A stretch of 52,045 bases of DNA from Nemertoderma westbladi. Taxonomy: Eukaryota; Animalia; Xenacoelomorpha. Every line of letters starts with the position of its first letter. Within the stretch, counting starts at the first letter, position 1. Of this stretch, positions 1-13,500 are shown piece by piece. The position numbers were made by a program, and so were the translations under genes. Location: the NCBI GenBank assembly GCA_032718475.1, contig JAUCBJ010001312.1:1-52045 (forward strand), read 5' to 3'. Under the pieces are notes generated by a model. That model saw only the letters and a list, made by a program, of their open reading frames with translations, made no database searches and had not been told where the DNA came from.

Positions 1-353
1 TGGAAGGCATCTGACTAACGGACAAATGGCTCTACTTTGTACAAATTGTGGCAGGAATGTGAAATTTGTGTATTTATAGGTGAATGTTACTACTAAAGTG
101 TGTTTACAGTAGCGAGTCGCAATTGTGAAAGTTACCCTACATCTGTATCAAGTACCTCCAGTATATTCGAGCCCTTGGGACGGACAGTGGAGTGACTCAC
201 ACTGGTTATTGTTGTCGTTGTGTGGCTACTACACAGCGACAACAGTACATCAGCGCTGAGGATCTCAGGGCTGTCCGGGGGCAGAGAGGGGTAGAAGGCA
301 GCAACGCCCGCTAGCCTTATTAGCTATAATATTGATAAACTCATACAGCAGCT

Positions 354-2170
354 ATGACTGAGTTGATAGAAGATGATCTTGGTATCAGGGAGCGATATAC
401 CCTACCACTGCAAGCCTTTGTTGATAGTTTGATAAGCGGCGACGCGAGTCAACACACAACGGAAGATGATGGCTGTTATATCGAACCGCCAATGTCAAAG
501 GAACACTCGGAACAGCTTAAGCGTGAATTGGACTATAGAAAATTCACTGCTCGCTATACGCTTCGTAATGGTATGTATATGGACTTCTTAACTACTGGTC
601 ATCCTATCGATTTACACGATACTGACGATGTAAACACCGAAAGGGAAATGATTCTATTTAAATATCATGCCCAGCGAAGTCGGAATGATAAACTGAGAAT
701 TGAACATGAAAATTCTATTAGAAACCGACTCAAAAGAGAAGAGGTTGAAGAACTGGACAAACGTAGTGACTTTAACGAATATTTAGAATTCTTGAGAGAA
801 ACTTATCACAATGTAGCTAGTCAGCAAAATCTAGAAACTCGATATCCTCAAGGTATACATCATAACCCTATGATGGAACTTAAACGACTCTATTTTACTA
901 TGATGTATCTTACCGCCGATCGACCACTACCTGTTGTACCGGATAGCTTCGGACAGATGGAGGAATACTGTAAAACTGGAGAAAGATCACCAGTGTTTCC
1001 CTTACAAGACGTGCGTCTTTGGTATTACTGCGATGAATGCCCTAGACCCAATCAACAAACAGAAAGACATAAACATCCGCGGAGACATTGCGCTAAACAC
1101 AGTTTTACTCGCTATACTTACGGGAGTTTTGAGCGAAACTTGTTCGACATACCACCTACACTCGCTCGGCTCAAACGATTCTTAAGTAAACCTATGATCA
1201 GAGTTCAGGAATACTCGGTCAGACCTCCTCATTCCCTGGTGCGACCTCAGACTCTTGATCCTAATAGTATGACGGATCCTCATAAGTTGTACTCATTGTT
1301 CAAAGACCTAGTGTTACCCGAACAATTAGTCGGTGGCACTCCGGTTGTGGGCTCTCTAGCTAGATATTCCCCATCCTACCTAGCCGGATTGGGATGCGTA
1401 CATCTAATATCTCCGTTCAACCCATATAATCGTCCTGGTTTAACTCTGATACAACCTGTCACCGAGCTGGAGGAAAGTGTTATACGAAACGCACTAGACG
1501 CAATTCGACAAAAGATCGGAAAGGGAACCTACGATTGTTTAGACAAACGTAAATTGCAACAACAAGTCCAAGCGGTAAAAGTATTAGCTTTACCCCAGTT
1601 CGATCATGAAATCAAGAATCTTGAGGAAGATATCGAACTTGGACGTACATACTCTCTACAAGAGTTCTTAGACGAATGCTTTCAATGACAAGCAGAGGAG
1701 AATCAGCTCGAGGAAAAAAATATCGAAATGGATGAGAGAGAAGAAGCGGCTTTAGCTCAACCGGAAGCTCAAATACTTATTGATAGTAACAATGTGTTGG
1801 CAAGCTGTATTTTTCGAGGTGTTTGTTATTATAAATTTATTATAGGAAGGGATCTAGGGGTCTTAAGACCCCTAGATCCCTTCCTATAACAAATACTTGT
1901 GACTGATATCTATTCCAAAATCATCATGCATCCTTCGATGGTTCCCCATTTCGGAGATAAACTCTTCGCGACAGCACAACCTCAACCAGTTGATATCAAC
2001 TTAAGATCTAGATATCTTATCGCTGACGCTCCTATGTTACAACGTCCGCCAATCGAGGCTGCTCGTGTCGACGGTATACTCGTTGAACCTCCGGACAATC
2101 GAGCGGATCTTCTCCGTCGTATGGTACACGAAGTTAACCTAAGCGCTAGACCTTTACCGAACTCATTTTA
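354..2170 (+). pseudogene. Disrupted long intronless ORF of unknown function (possibly endogenous virus/Polinton-like)
   Basis: 444-aa ORF 354-1688. The same frame stays open after TGA 1686-1688 (QAEENQLEEKNIEMDEREEAALAQPEAQIL) and resumes in frame at 1890 (ORF 1899-2255) after a 111-bp insert. Contains a CDEC...HKHPRRHCAKH putative Zn-binding motif. No family recognised. Confidence 0.5.
1840..1889. repeat. Perfect 50-bp palindrome (no loop)
   Basis: ttataggaagggatctaggggtctt|aagacccctagatcccttcctataa; the two 25-bp arms are exact reverse complements, centred on TTAA. Confidence 0.97.
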
Positions 2171-2197
2171 TGGGGGGATCAAAGATCACCCCTATTA

Positions 2198-3081
2198 TGA
2201 TGACACGGACCCCCCCCCCAAAAATTTTTCTACAAACCTTTATCATATTGTTTGAAATTTGAAACACAACTAGTTCCACTCACAGTGGTTGTTACCATGA
2301 AGACGGAATTTTCGATTTCGCCTTTAAATTTTATTTATAAGCGTTTTAAAAAAGTGTCTTTTGCGAAATCGCACCCTCTGTAGCATTGCCATTCTTCACT
2401 TTAGTCGTAATTTTTTCACATCAATAGAAAGCTTGCGTAGCAAGGATTCCAAATATGTAGCAATGTCTGAATTTCGTTGAGAAACAGCTGAGAAATAGAC
2501 ATTCAAAGATTGCAAGAATTATTGTTCACTGCAGGCCATTTATTCTATTTAATAAATACACAATATTCTGGAGCAATTTGTTTATGTATGATTAGCTACG
2601 CAATATAGATATTATATAGGCATACCGCTGTTGCCTGCCAACTCATAAAATAAATAACACGTTCTAGAATTTTGTGTATTTATTAAATAGAATAAATGGC
2701 TTGCAGCGAACAATAATTCTTACAATCTTTGAACGCCTATTTCTCAGCTGTTTCTCAATAAAATTCAGATATTGCTACATATTTGGAATCCTTTCAACGC
2801 AAGCTTTCTATTTATTGATGTGAATAATCTACTAATTGATGTGAAAAAATTACGACTAAAGTGAAGAATGGCAATGATACAGAGGGTGCGATTTAGCAAA
2901 AGACACTTTTTTAAAACGCTTATAAATAAAATTTAAAGGTGAAATCGAAAATTCCGGCTTCATGGTAACAACCGCGGTGAGTTGAACTAGTAGTGTTTCA
3001 AATTTCAAACAATATGATAAAGATTTGTAGAAAAATTGGGGGCGGGGGGGGGGGGGGCGTGGGGGGGGGTCCGTGTCATCA
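2198..3081. mobile_element. Foldback/MITE-like element with ~375-bp inverted arms
   Basis: Left arm from tgatgacacggacccc (2198) to ~2575 is the imperfect reverse complement of ~2661 to ggggtccgtgtcatca (3081); short unique spacer; non-coding. Confidence 0.85.
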
Positions 3082-4014
3082 GAAAATGACACTATATTCC
3101 GGGTCATGGTGTATACAAGCAGGCCCGAACAACATAAACACCGAGAGAGAGGATTTGATAATTTCTAAATTAAGGGAGGCCATACAAATAGCCTGCGGAT
3201 CTTGGAAGGATTGTAATATTTTGTTGTTTCAAGTTTAATTATTTTATATTATTATTTTATAATTATTTTATTAGAGAGGTACTACTATGTTATGGGTACC
3301 CACTTTTTGACCATTTATTTGACAATGTTAATGGCTATTATCTTCAGGTTTTTTGTTTTAGAACATTAATGTCATCTTCTGTTAGACGTTAGCTATTGTT
3401 TTTTATGGTAGCTAGTGATTTCTTTTAGGTTGCTACTATTTTTAAAATTACAAAACCAAATTTTTGGTACCTAATTTTTGATCAATTTTTTTACCATATT
3501 ATTGGATATTATCATGATGTTTTTCGTTCTAGAACATAAATTTCACCTTCTGAGAGAGGTTACCTATTATTTTTTATTATGGTAGCTAGTGTTTTTAAAG
3601 GTAGCTAGTGATCTTAAAATTACAAAAGAAATTTTGTAGTGCCCCTTTTATTTAGACAATTTCCATATCATCAATATATTCTCGCAATTAATAAAAAACT
3701 AAATAAATCTAGTAATAAGTAAAATAGGCCTAAATAACTAAATAAGTAAAAACTCTATTTTGACATCTGCCTATATTTTGTATAAAATATAACAAACTAG
3801 CTAGTGAATAATTACTAGCTACTTTGACTATCAAATAACAATTACTAGCTACACTATGACTCATAAATTATTCCATGCAAATATATAATTGAGAATTAAA
3901 TTACCGGTATATCTTACATTTACTAGCTAATAAATAGTACTGCAAAATCAAAAGTACTAGCTACCATCTTACTGTCAGAAGGTCAAATATTTGTTCTAGA
4001 TAAAAAAAACCTCA

Positions 4015-4054
<40 letters not shown>

Positions 4055-4482
4055 TCGGACTTGCCGACAATAAAAGTTTAAAAATATGGCGCAAACACAA
4101 ATGACAGATATCGACACAGAAAGTATATCTACACAGATTATCTACACAGAAAGTAGCCCATTAAATAAAATGTGCACAGCACAGCACTATAGTAAAAATT
4201 TATATAAATTAAAATGCACCATAATATGATCTATTCTGCAACGTTAAAGTATCAAAGTATCAAGTTGTGTTTTTGGTGAAAACTGAGGCAGTTGGTATAC
4301 CGGTACGGGTACACACACATTGTTATAAGAAGATAAAATGTGCACAGCACGAATAAAATCAGATCAATATGGGTAATATAAGGTAAATAATATGGTCCGT
4401 AATAATCATTGACGGTCTCGGGATGATTGAATCAATAAAATATATTTGCAGCACAACACGCAAACAGGCATCGGACAGATGT

Positions 4483-7400
4483 TCAAACGACATTAAAATA
4501 AGACAGGATACGTTTATGCTTAGATATGAAACTTCCGCAGTTACTGTTGCTGTAGCAGTTTTTAATGAAGTTCATCCCAACAGTTTCACTGATTGTTAGT
4601 GGTTCAGTCTTAGCACGGTTAAAGAGGGATCGTTTACAGTAGGTATAGGTGAGTAGACTGTGCAGACTGGGCATTGGGTAATTGCTTCTGCATTTCGCGT
4701 ATGCAGAAGTCAAGCCTACATAGTTTGTGTTCGAGCAGCTATTGAACCGCGAGGCTGATTTGATAAGTGATTGTAAGAATGGGACTGGGCAGCTAGCGAC
4801 TCTTAGTATGGTACCTATGCACTGTTTGTATACCTCATTGTGTAGAGGGCGGCATCCAAGTAGATTGTAAATGATCTGGTTGTTAACGTAGGGGCCGACC
4901 AGTAAGAGACTCCGAAGGGCCTTCCGATACTCAATCTCTAATTTGCGGCTTTCGACTTTACTAAGTGATCCCGCCAAGAACCGAACTGAGTGGGTGATGG
5001 ATGGTACTCCTATCATGCGCCAAAGAAATCCGACGGTATCACAGTCCAAATGACGAGTAGTCCAGCTGCGGCGATGAAAAATATCGGAAGCACGATAAAC
5101 ACACTGGATACACTCCTGAAGGTGGTTGCCATGACCAGTCGGTAATGTGAAGCCAAGGAAGTTCAGTTTCGGGTGAGGCGGGATCAAGGTGCCCCCGATA
5201 TTCAGAAAAGTAGGAACTGCGAATTTTGAACAGCCGCTTCCAAGGTGGTAGTTCCATCGAGTTTTGCTGTCCTCCACTTCCAGATTTGATTCTTGCAGTT
5301 TGTCGATAACTATACCTGTAATGACCTCAAGGTCAGATACAGATCTTGCACAGATTAGAAGGTCATCTGCGTATGCAACAATTCCTAACCACAGATCGGT
5401 GAGATTTTCTCCAAAACCAGATTCTTTCAGTTTCTCCAACACGCCCTTGGTGTAGAAATTGAACAACATCGGAGATAGCAAAGATCCTTGTTTTAATCCT
5501 CTAATGAGCTTGATTCCCTGGTCGTTAATGAGACCACCAAATTTCAGATGAGCGACAGTTTGCATATAATAAGACAACAAAGCTAAGCATATGTGAGGGT
5601 TGATATAATTCATTAACCTTCTAAAGAGAATACTAAGTTCTACATTGTTAAAAGCCCCCGACATATCTAGTTGACATATGAAGACACTGGTTCCCTTTTT
5701 CCGTTGTGCTTCGAGGAATTCTAGAACACCACTGATTATAACATCTGTCCCGATTTTTCGACGGTATGCAAACTGTGAGCTAGGGATATGTTCAGCAATT
5801 TGGATGAATTCGTGGAGTAATACAGATTCGAAGATCTTACCGAAAATACTAACAGAGGAGATAGGACGATAAGATTTGCTTAGCAGTGGATCCCTTTCTT
5901 TGCCCTTGTACAAACTTGTTACAATAGTTTTACCGAAACAAGGGGGAACTTCACCTAATTTGAAACACATATTAATGACATCAGCCATAGTTCGACAGAT
6001 CAGATCGTAGTCTAGAAGTAAAAAGTGTTCCACTACAAGCGAGTATGCGTCTGGAGATTTGCCTTTACCTAAACTAGAAATTGCTTTTCTGATTGTTTCT
6101 GGTGAAATAATAGGAAGGGTTGCATTGTTCTGTAAAACTCTGAGGTCATTCACGATCTGATTAATGGACTCATCAAAGGAGGCATCTTGAATATTGTTTG
6201 AGACCAGATCGGATTCAATTGCGATTTGAGCTGCTGGTGGAGGGATACTAGAGCCCTTGGCATTGAAGGTGGACCAAAACTTCCTTGGGTTTGTGTGCAT
6301 ATAGCTGGCCTTCTTTCTTATGTTACTGGCAACAATTGATTTAGCCAACCAGTTCCTCATCCTGCGGATAGGTCGCCGTGATTCTTTATATGCTTGCCCG
6401 TATATGCAGGAATTACTTTTGTTGTTTTTCAACCACAAATTATGAAGCTGTTTGCAAGTTTTAGATCTGTCGTGTAGTTCAGCCGATCTAATTCTTAGAT
6501 TCTTGGTCTGGCGTCTGACCTTTAATGGGGGCAGGTGGAGAGCGGCACAATTGTTAATTACCATTTGAATTCGTTCAACATACTCAGTTAAAGTAGAAAC
6601 TGTCCAGTTAGTATTCGAAATGTTGAATGCATTACCCAAGTCCATTAGTTGTTTTGCAACATCTGATTGATACAATTCCTGTTGTGCAGGCGTTACTTTG
6701 TTCCAGGCTATCTTGATTGGTGCTGGAATCCGCTTTGTTTTACTTTTGAAGGCAGAGTCAGACCCTTGAAGCGTAAATTCGGCTGTTATAGGCACGTGAT
6801 CAGAGTGGATATTGGAGCTTTCCGTGTACACTGTTCCCTTTTTCAGAAGACTCCTGAGGTAACTATATGGTCAATGTACGAGTTCCCGTGCCCCCGAAAT
6901 GTGATGCAGGGACCAGTGAAAGGTGGGAATGTATCGACTGCAAATAGGTCGTGATTTAGGAGGAAGTTGGATAGTCTGGATCCTTGTGGTGTAGGTTTGG
7001 TTCTAGATGCACGGGGGCCATGGAGCATGCCGAGATCTGAATTGAAGTCTCCTAATATGATTGGAGTAGCATTCTCGTGTATCCGAACAAAGTTACTCAG
7101 ACGAGACAAGAATCTATCGTAACTTGAGATGTTACGGGAAGCATCAGGCGCATAGCAGCACAGTACTAAATATTTCTGTTCATTGTCAGATTCAGCAATA
7201 ACTCCGAGTATATCTTGTTCGCTCTGGACTGGAAATGTATTTTTGAAGACACCATTTCTTATCCATAGTGACACCCCTCCAGCACCTCTCACTCTATTTG
7301 TGTTACTCATGAGTTCACTTATAGTGAAATTGCAGCTGAAGCGGTTATCAAGATGTGATAGCAACTCTTTTCCCTCAATAGCATCTAGCCAATGCTCCTG

Positions 7401-7541
7401 AATGGCTAATATATCTAGGTCACTGAGTAGTTGAGTTATTTCGTCTATACTTGAGTTGAATCCATGACAGTTGAAAGATCCCACTCTTAAGTTAAAGTCC
7501 TGTGTATTAGCTATAGTATGACTCTCAGCCGGTGATGCCAT
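4483..7541 (-). CDS. LINE ORF2 (AP endonuclease + reverse transcriptase), one frameshift near 6850
   Basis: APE motifs SFNCHG, AIQEHWL, LGDFNSD, SYIDHI lie in 6843-7541 and the APE-terminal SDHVPI in 4483-6831. RT motifs YRPISSVS, QFAYR, LDMSGAFNNV, GLKQGSLLSP, AYADDL, FLG. Adding 1 nt restores a single ~1019-aa ORF. Confidence 0.93.
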
Positions 7542-7560
7542 TGTGTGTTGTGTTGTGGTG

Positions 7561-10500
7561 TTAAAAATATATGGGGGATTCTGAACTCAGGCGTCTTTGG
7601 TACCAAACATCCGGATCGTGGAAACGTCCTCTGTATCCAGTGGCCTGGTGGGACTTTTTTACTGTCCACTCACGACACCTGAGTCCATCTGGCCAGAAAT
7701 CATCCTGTAACAGAGATGCCCGCACACCGGCATCAACGGTAACTCTCACTCCTATATAGCCTGAGCGGTGGAAATTTTGAATCCTCTTAGTGTAGAAGAC
7801 TGTGATATTTCTTTTGAGTAAGTGTCGTGTTATGTCTTCTCCACGGGATTTGTGATTAGAGCTTGTGACATAAAGGTAGGCATATGGATATTTTGCGGCA
7901 TCCACACTTGCACTGGTGACTGTTGTATGTTGTGGCTGTTGCCTGTGGTGGTTATCCCTTGAGATGTAGCCAAAATTCATTGTAGGATAATTACTTATGT
8001 TAGGTGTGTGGATATGACTGTTACCCGAGTGCCTAGATTTGTTTGGTACATCACGAAGATTGGGTCCATCTTTCTTGCGATCAGCTGTAGGATTGGTAGA
8101 GTAATTAGACTCAGAGTATGGATGCTTGCTAGTATTTGATTTTGAGTGTTGCATAGAGCGTTTGACTGAGCCACTTCCTTTATGAGAGGTGCTCTGTGGA
8201 GAATAGGAGTGGTGTGCTTTTGATGTTTTCTTGACAGGAATTTCGCTGTGTCTTGTGCGACGCTCATGCTTTTTGACTTGAGGAGCTTCATCAGGACCAC
8301 AATCCGGTGAAGAGCCATCGAATGATTCGATCTCACTGAGAGTGGTGTAGTCGGAGTAGAGTGATTCAGGAGCAGTTGGATTAAGTTCCGGTGTGCTCTG
8401 TAATGCTTCGAATCTGTTAGTTGTAGTAACTCCACTCATAGTATTGCGCCAAGTAGTTCCTCTGGATGTTCTATGAGAGCCAGTTGTGGTTAGGTGCGAT
8501 TTAGCAAGTGGTTGTGAGTCTGCTTTTGGATTTGGCAAGTTCATGTTGACACTTGCAGGTTCTGATTGAGGATGTTGTGTTTGAACACTTGTTAGATCTT
8601 CTAATTTGGCCTGAATTACCAGTCTAGCATGCCTTTCTTGATAGAGCTCGTCTTTCAAGTTTGTGAATTCCTGTTTCAGATTCACATAGGAATCTTCCAT
8701 TTTGGCAAGCCTTGATTGCAGGACATCTACTGACTGTAGCAGGTCTAACCGTAATTGGTTGTAGCCATAATCAACACTGGATTGCTCAGCCAAGATTAGT
8801 CGCTTCCTGCATGGTGCAGTAAAGCACCCTTCTTTCATACAATTCATAAGTTCAAAAACATCCAAGGCCTGTTCTTTAACAGAATTACGATTTTGAAGTA
8901 ACAGACTAACAGACTGAGTTGGCTGCATCAGAGTTCTAACATCATGGAAAAGCTTTTCACGCAAGAGGGAAAGTGTGTTTGAGTTTATACTGACCAATGT
9001 TTTCAATGCCTTTCTTTTGGGGTCTTTTAGCAACTTAGTGAGATTATATTCATTGTAAATAGGAAAAGTAGATTTAGTGTGCTTGTAATTAGAACCGTCA
9101 GAGCTCTTTCCCTCCTTAGACGAATCCTCCTGTTTCCCCTTGGGGTTACTGTGACTCAGTTCACTGTGTGTTGAAGGACAAACTGAGTGATTATTAGAGG
9201 GCGCTGAGGTTTGTATTCCAGAGAGCGCTGAAAGCCGAGATTGAGGTATCCTGTGTTTGTGTAATAGGTCATAGTCTATTTTTGTATCTATAATGACTCC
9301 TTCCAACCATTTACGCACACATCCTACTTTTATCTGTTGAAATATATCTTTGTTGCAGGTGGCCAAGTATAGAGCATATAAACAAATGAATGGGCCACAG
9401 TCGTAATGATTAGGTTGGCTTGGGATATCGCGGTAGCGAGTTTCTGTATGCCATGCTGGATTTGCTACACCTTTGACTCGCTGGATCAGATTTAACAAGT
9501 CGCATAAATGGGACTGAATATTACTGCTATAATCCCTGTTGATTGGACAGAATGAATACAGTTTCTTGTTGACCACTTCAGCTATATGGAGTATATAATG
9601 ACCATTGGCACACTCTGGGAAGAAAATTAATTCATCATTCTCAGGGTCGCAGCTGCTTGTGATATACCTTACTGCAGCAGATACATCAAAATTTTCATGA
9701 TTTAACTTGTAGCAGAGTGAACTATCGATTGAAGAGATGCGAGGGAGATTCCTTTCCAGTATCCCGAAATAGCAATCAATGATTCCCGTTGTCACAAATG
9801 AGGTTCCTTGCAAGCTGTTCATATCGATACTGCCCTGAGTTATGTTAAATAATGGCTTTGGATTGTCTCGACGAGGTTTAGTGATTGCCTTCACAACTTC
9901 CGTTTCATTGAAACCAACCTCTACATCAGCATGGAAAATTCCTTCTAGCCATTGGTCACCGTGATCATCCACAATCGGTTCAGCCCCACTGTGCTCAATG
10001 ATGTGCTCAGAGTTATGGAGTGGTAAACCGCTCTTGTCGCAGTTAGGGTTTAATGTATACTTCACTGCCGATGAGTTTGGGCCCACCTTCTGGTAAAAGT
10101 CAGTTATTTTCAAAGCCTTACTAGTTGGCTGATGCCCTATTGCTGTATCAAGTGGCATTGAGAAGGAGGGAGCTTCAACGTTCAGATCATGCTTAAACAC
10201 ATTAACTACTGCACTGTTTGGAGACTTATGTTGATGAGAAGTAGAATTGGAGTTGCTCTTAATGGGAGAAAGGATTTCGGCATCAACTTGAGTGCTATCT
10301 ATGGGAAGGATAGACTCGGCATTGTCATTAATAATCTTACCCTCCACTTCTCGATGCTTCCAGGTTCCATCATCCTGAAGGCCCATCACAGATATGACAG
10401 GGCGAGCAGGATTGGTATTGGCCGATTTCGGAACTACAGATTTGTGATTGGTGTGTGAGTGTGAAGGTTTGATTATATTTGAAACTGAGAGGTCGATAAG

Positions 10501-13500
10501 AGTAGTGCAATTGTTTCCGAATTTATGTTCGTCATGGTGCCATCGACATGTCCCGTAAATATCGATACCGTTTACATTTGGGACTGAGTTAATGATCGGT
10601 TTTGAGGTATTGTTATAACATGCCCCGAAATTATCAGTATCATTTGTACCACCAATAGGGTTCTCATTCATAACGGGTTGTGAGGCAATATCAACAACAT
10701 TTACACCTTGGACTGAGTTCACATTAGTAGAGGGGTCTAAAATACTGTTACCACATGTCACAAAATTATCAATACCGTTTCCACTTGGAAGTGAGTTCAC
10801 ATTAATAACCGGTTTTAAAAAATTGTTATTAAATGTCCCGAAATTATCAATGACATTTACTCTTGGGACTGGTTTCACATTAGTAACGGGTTGTAAAATA
10901 TTGTCAATGACATTTACACTTGGAACTGGGTTCACATTAACAATCGGTTTTAAAATATTGTTATGAAAAGTCCCGAAATTATCAATACCATTTCCACTTG
11001 GGACTGATTTCACATTAGTAACGGGTTGTAAAATATTGTCAATGACATTTACACTTGGGACTGGGTTCACATTAACAATCGGTTTTAAAATATTGTTATG
11101 AAAAGTCCCGAAATTATCAATACCATTTCCACTTGGGACTGATTTCACATTAGTAACGGGTTGTAAAATATTGTCAATGACATTTACACTTGGGACTGGG
11201 TTCACATTAACAATCGGTTTTAAAATATTGTTATGAAATCTCCCGAAATTATCAATACCAGTTCCACTTGGGACTGGTTTCACATTAGTAACGGGTTGTA
11301 AAATATTGTCAATGACATTTACACTTGGAACTGGGTTCACATTAACAATCGGTTTTAAAATATTGTTATGAAAAGTCCCGAAATTATCAATACCATTTCC
11401 ACTTGGGACTGATTTAACATTAGTAACGGGTTGTAAAATATTGTCAATGACATTTGCACCTGGGACTGGGTTCACATTAGTTACAGGTTTTGAAATATTG
11501 TAAATTGTGTTAAAGCTGGATGGTTGATCAACTTCAGAGATAGATTGAGACATTGCACATATATTGCAACTACAATTGTTATCTACACGGCGGCATCCCT
11601 GAACTGGTTTATCCGGGCCTAACCAGCTCGAAACCTCTGTAGGGGGCAGAGGTTCGATCTTATTAGCAGAGAGTTTGCCCTGGCTCCTTGTGACTGGCCT
11701 TCGGTGTATTCTTCCCTGCCTTTTGACGGTTTTCATGATCTGTTTATCACCTAAATCCGTTGCTACCACAACAGGTGGGAATATATTGTTCGCACTAGTT
11801 GTCTTATTCGTGGCTGTATCATCGTTATCTGAAGTCGGAAGAGCCCCATCAAGTTGGTTCTCTGTAGGATTCGTATCATTGCAGTCGACACGTTTTAGTT
11901 CCAACCCCGAGGATTTGTCCGGGTTGAGTCGAGGAACCGTTCTGTTTTCGGATCGTTTTAGTTCCGACTCCGAGGATTTGTCCGGGTTGAGTCGAGGAAC
12001 CGTTCCGTTGTCGGATCGTTTTAGTTCCGACTCCGAGGATTTGTCCGGGTTGAGTCGAGGAACTGTTCCGTTGTCGGATCGTTTTAGTTCCGACTCCGAG
12101 GATTTGTCCGGGTTGAGTCGAGGAACCGTTCCGTTGTCGGATCGTTTTAGTTCTGACTCCGAGGATTTGTCCGGGTTGAGTCGAGGAACCGCTCCGTTGT
12201 CGGATCGTTTTAGTTCCGACTCCGAGGATTTGTCCGGGTTGAGTCGAGGAGCCGTTCCATTTTCGGATCGTTTTAGTTCCGACTCCGAGGATTTGTCCGG
12301 GTTGAGTCGAGGAACCGTTCCGTTGTCGGATCGTTTTAGTTCCGACTCCGAGGATTTGTCCGGGTTGAGTCGAGGAACCGTTCCGTTGTCGGATCGTCTT
12401 AGTTCCGACTCCGAGGATTTGTCCGGGTTGAGTCGAGGAACCGTTCCGTTGTCGGATCGTTTTAGTTCCGACTCCGAGGATTTGTCCGGGTTGAGTCGAG
12501 GAACCGTTCCATTGTCGGATCGTTTTAGTTCCGACTCCGAGGATTTGTCTGGGTTGAGTCGAGGAACCGTTCCATTTTCGGATCGTTTTAGTTCCGACTC
12601 CGAGGATTTGTCCGGGTTGAGTCGAGGAACCGTTCCATTGTCGGATCGTTTTAGTTCCGACTCCGAGGATTTGTCCGGGTTGAGTCGAGGAACCGTTCCG
12701 TTGTCGGATCGTTTTAGTTCCGACTCCGAGGATTTGTCCGGGTTGAGTCGAGGAGCCATTCCATTTTCGGATCGTTTTAGTTCCGACTCCGAAGATCTGT
12801 CCGGGTTGAGTCGAGGAACCGTTCCGTTGTCGGATCGTTTTAGTTCCGACTCCGAGGATTTGTCCGGGTTGAGTTGAGGAACCGTTCCGTTGTCAGTTCG
12901 TTTTAGTTCCGACTCCGAGGATTTGTCCGGGTTAAGTTGAGGAACCGTTCCGTTGTCAGTTCGTTTTAGTTCCGACTCCGAGGATTTGTCCGGGTTGAGT
13001 TGAGGAACCGTTCCGTTGTCAGTTCGTTTTAGTTCCGACTCCGAGGATTTGTCCGGGTTGAGTTGAGGAACCGTTCCGTTGTCGGATCGTTTTAGTTCCG
13101 ACTCCGAGGATTTGTCCAGGTTGAGTCGAGGAACCGTTCCGTTGTCAGATCGTTTTAGTTCCAACTCCGAGGATTTGTCCGGGTTGAGTTGAGGAACCGT
13201 TCCGTTGTCGGATCGTTTTAGTTTCGACTCCGAGGATTTGTCCGGGTTGAGTCGAGGAGCCGTTCCATTTTCGGATCGTTTTAGTTCCGACTCCGAAGAT
13301 TTGTCCGGGTTGAGTCGAGGAACCGTTCCGTTGTTGGATCGTTTTAGTTTTGACTCCGAGGATTTGTCCGGGTTGAGTCGAGGAGCCGTTCCATTTTCGG
13401 ATCGTTTTAGTTCCGACTCCGAGGATTTGTCCGGGTTGAGTTGAGGAACCGTTCCGTTGTCGGATCGTTTTAGTTTCGACTCCGAGGATTTGTCCGGGTT

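Noticed and set aside
1686-1688. Selenocysteine or programmed read-through at TGA, with the palindrome as SECIS
   Set aside because: The palindrome lacks the AUGA/GA core and apical loop of a SECIS; a nonsense mutation is simpler.
11675-13444. Plus-strand ORFs 11675-12877 (400 aa) and 13205-13444
   Set aside because: Antisense shadows of the 63-bp coding repeat; non-ATG starts and broken by stops at unit variants.
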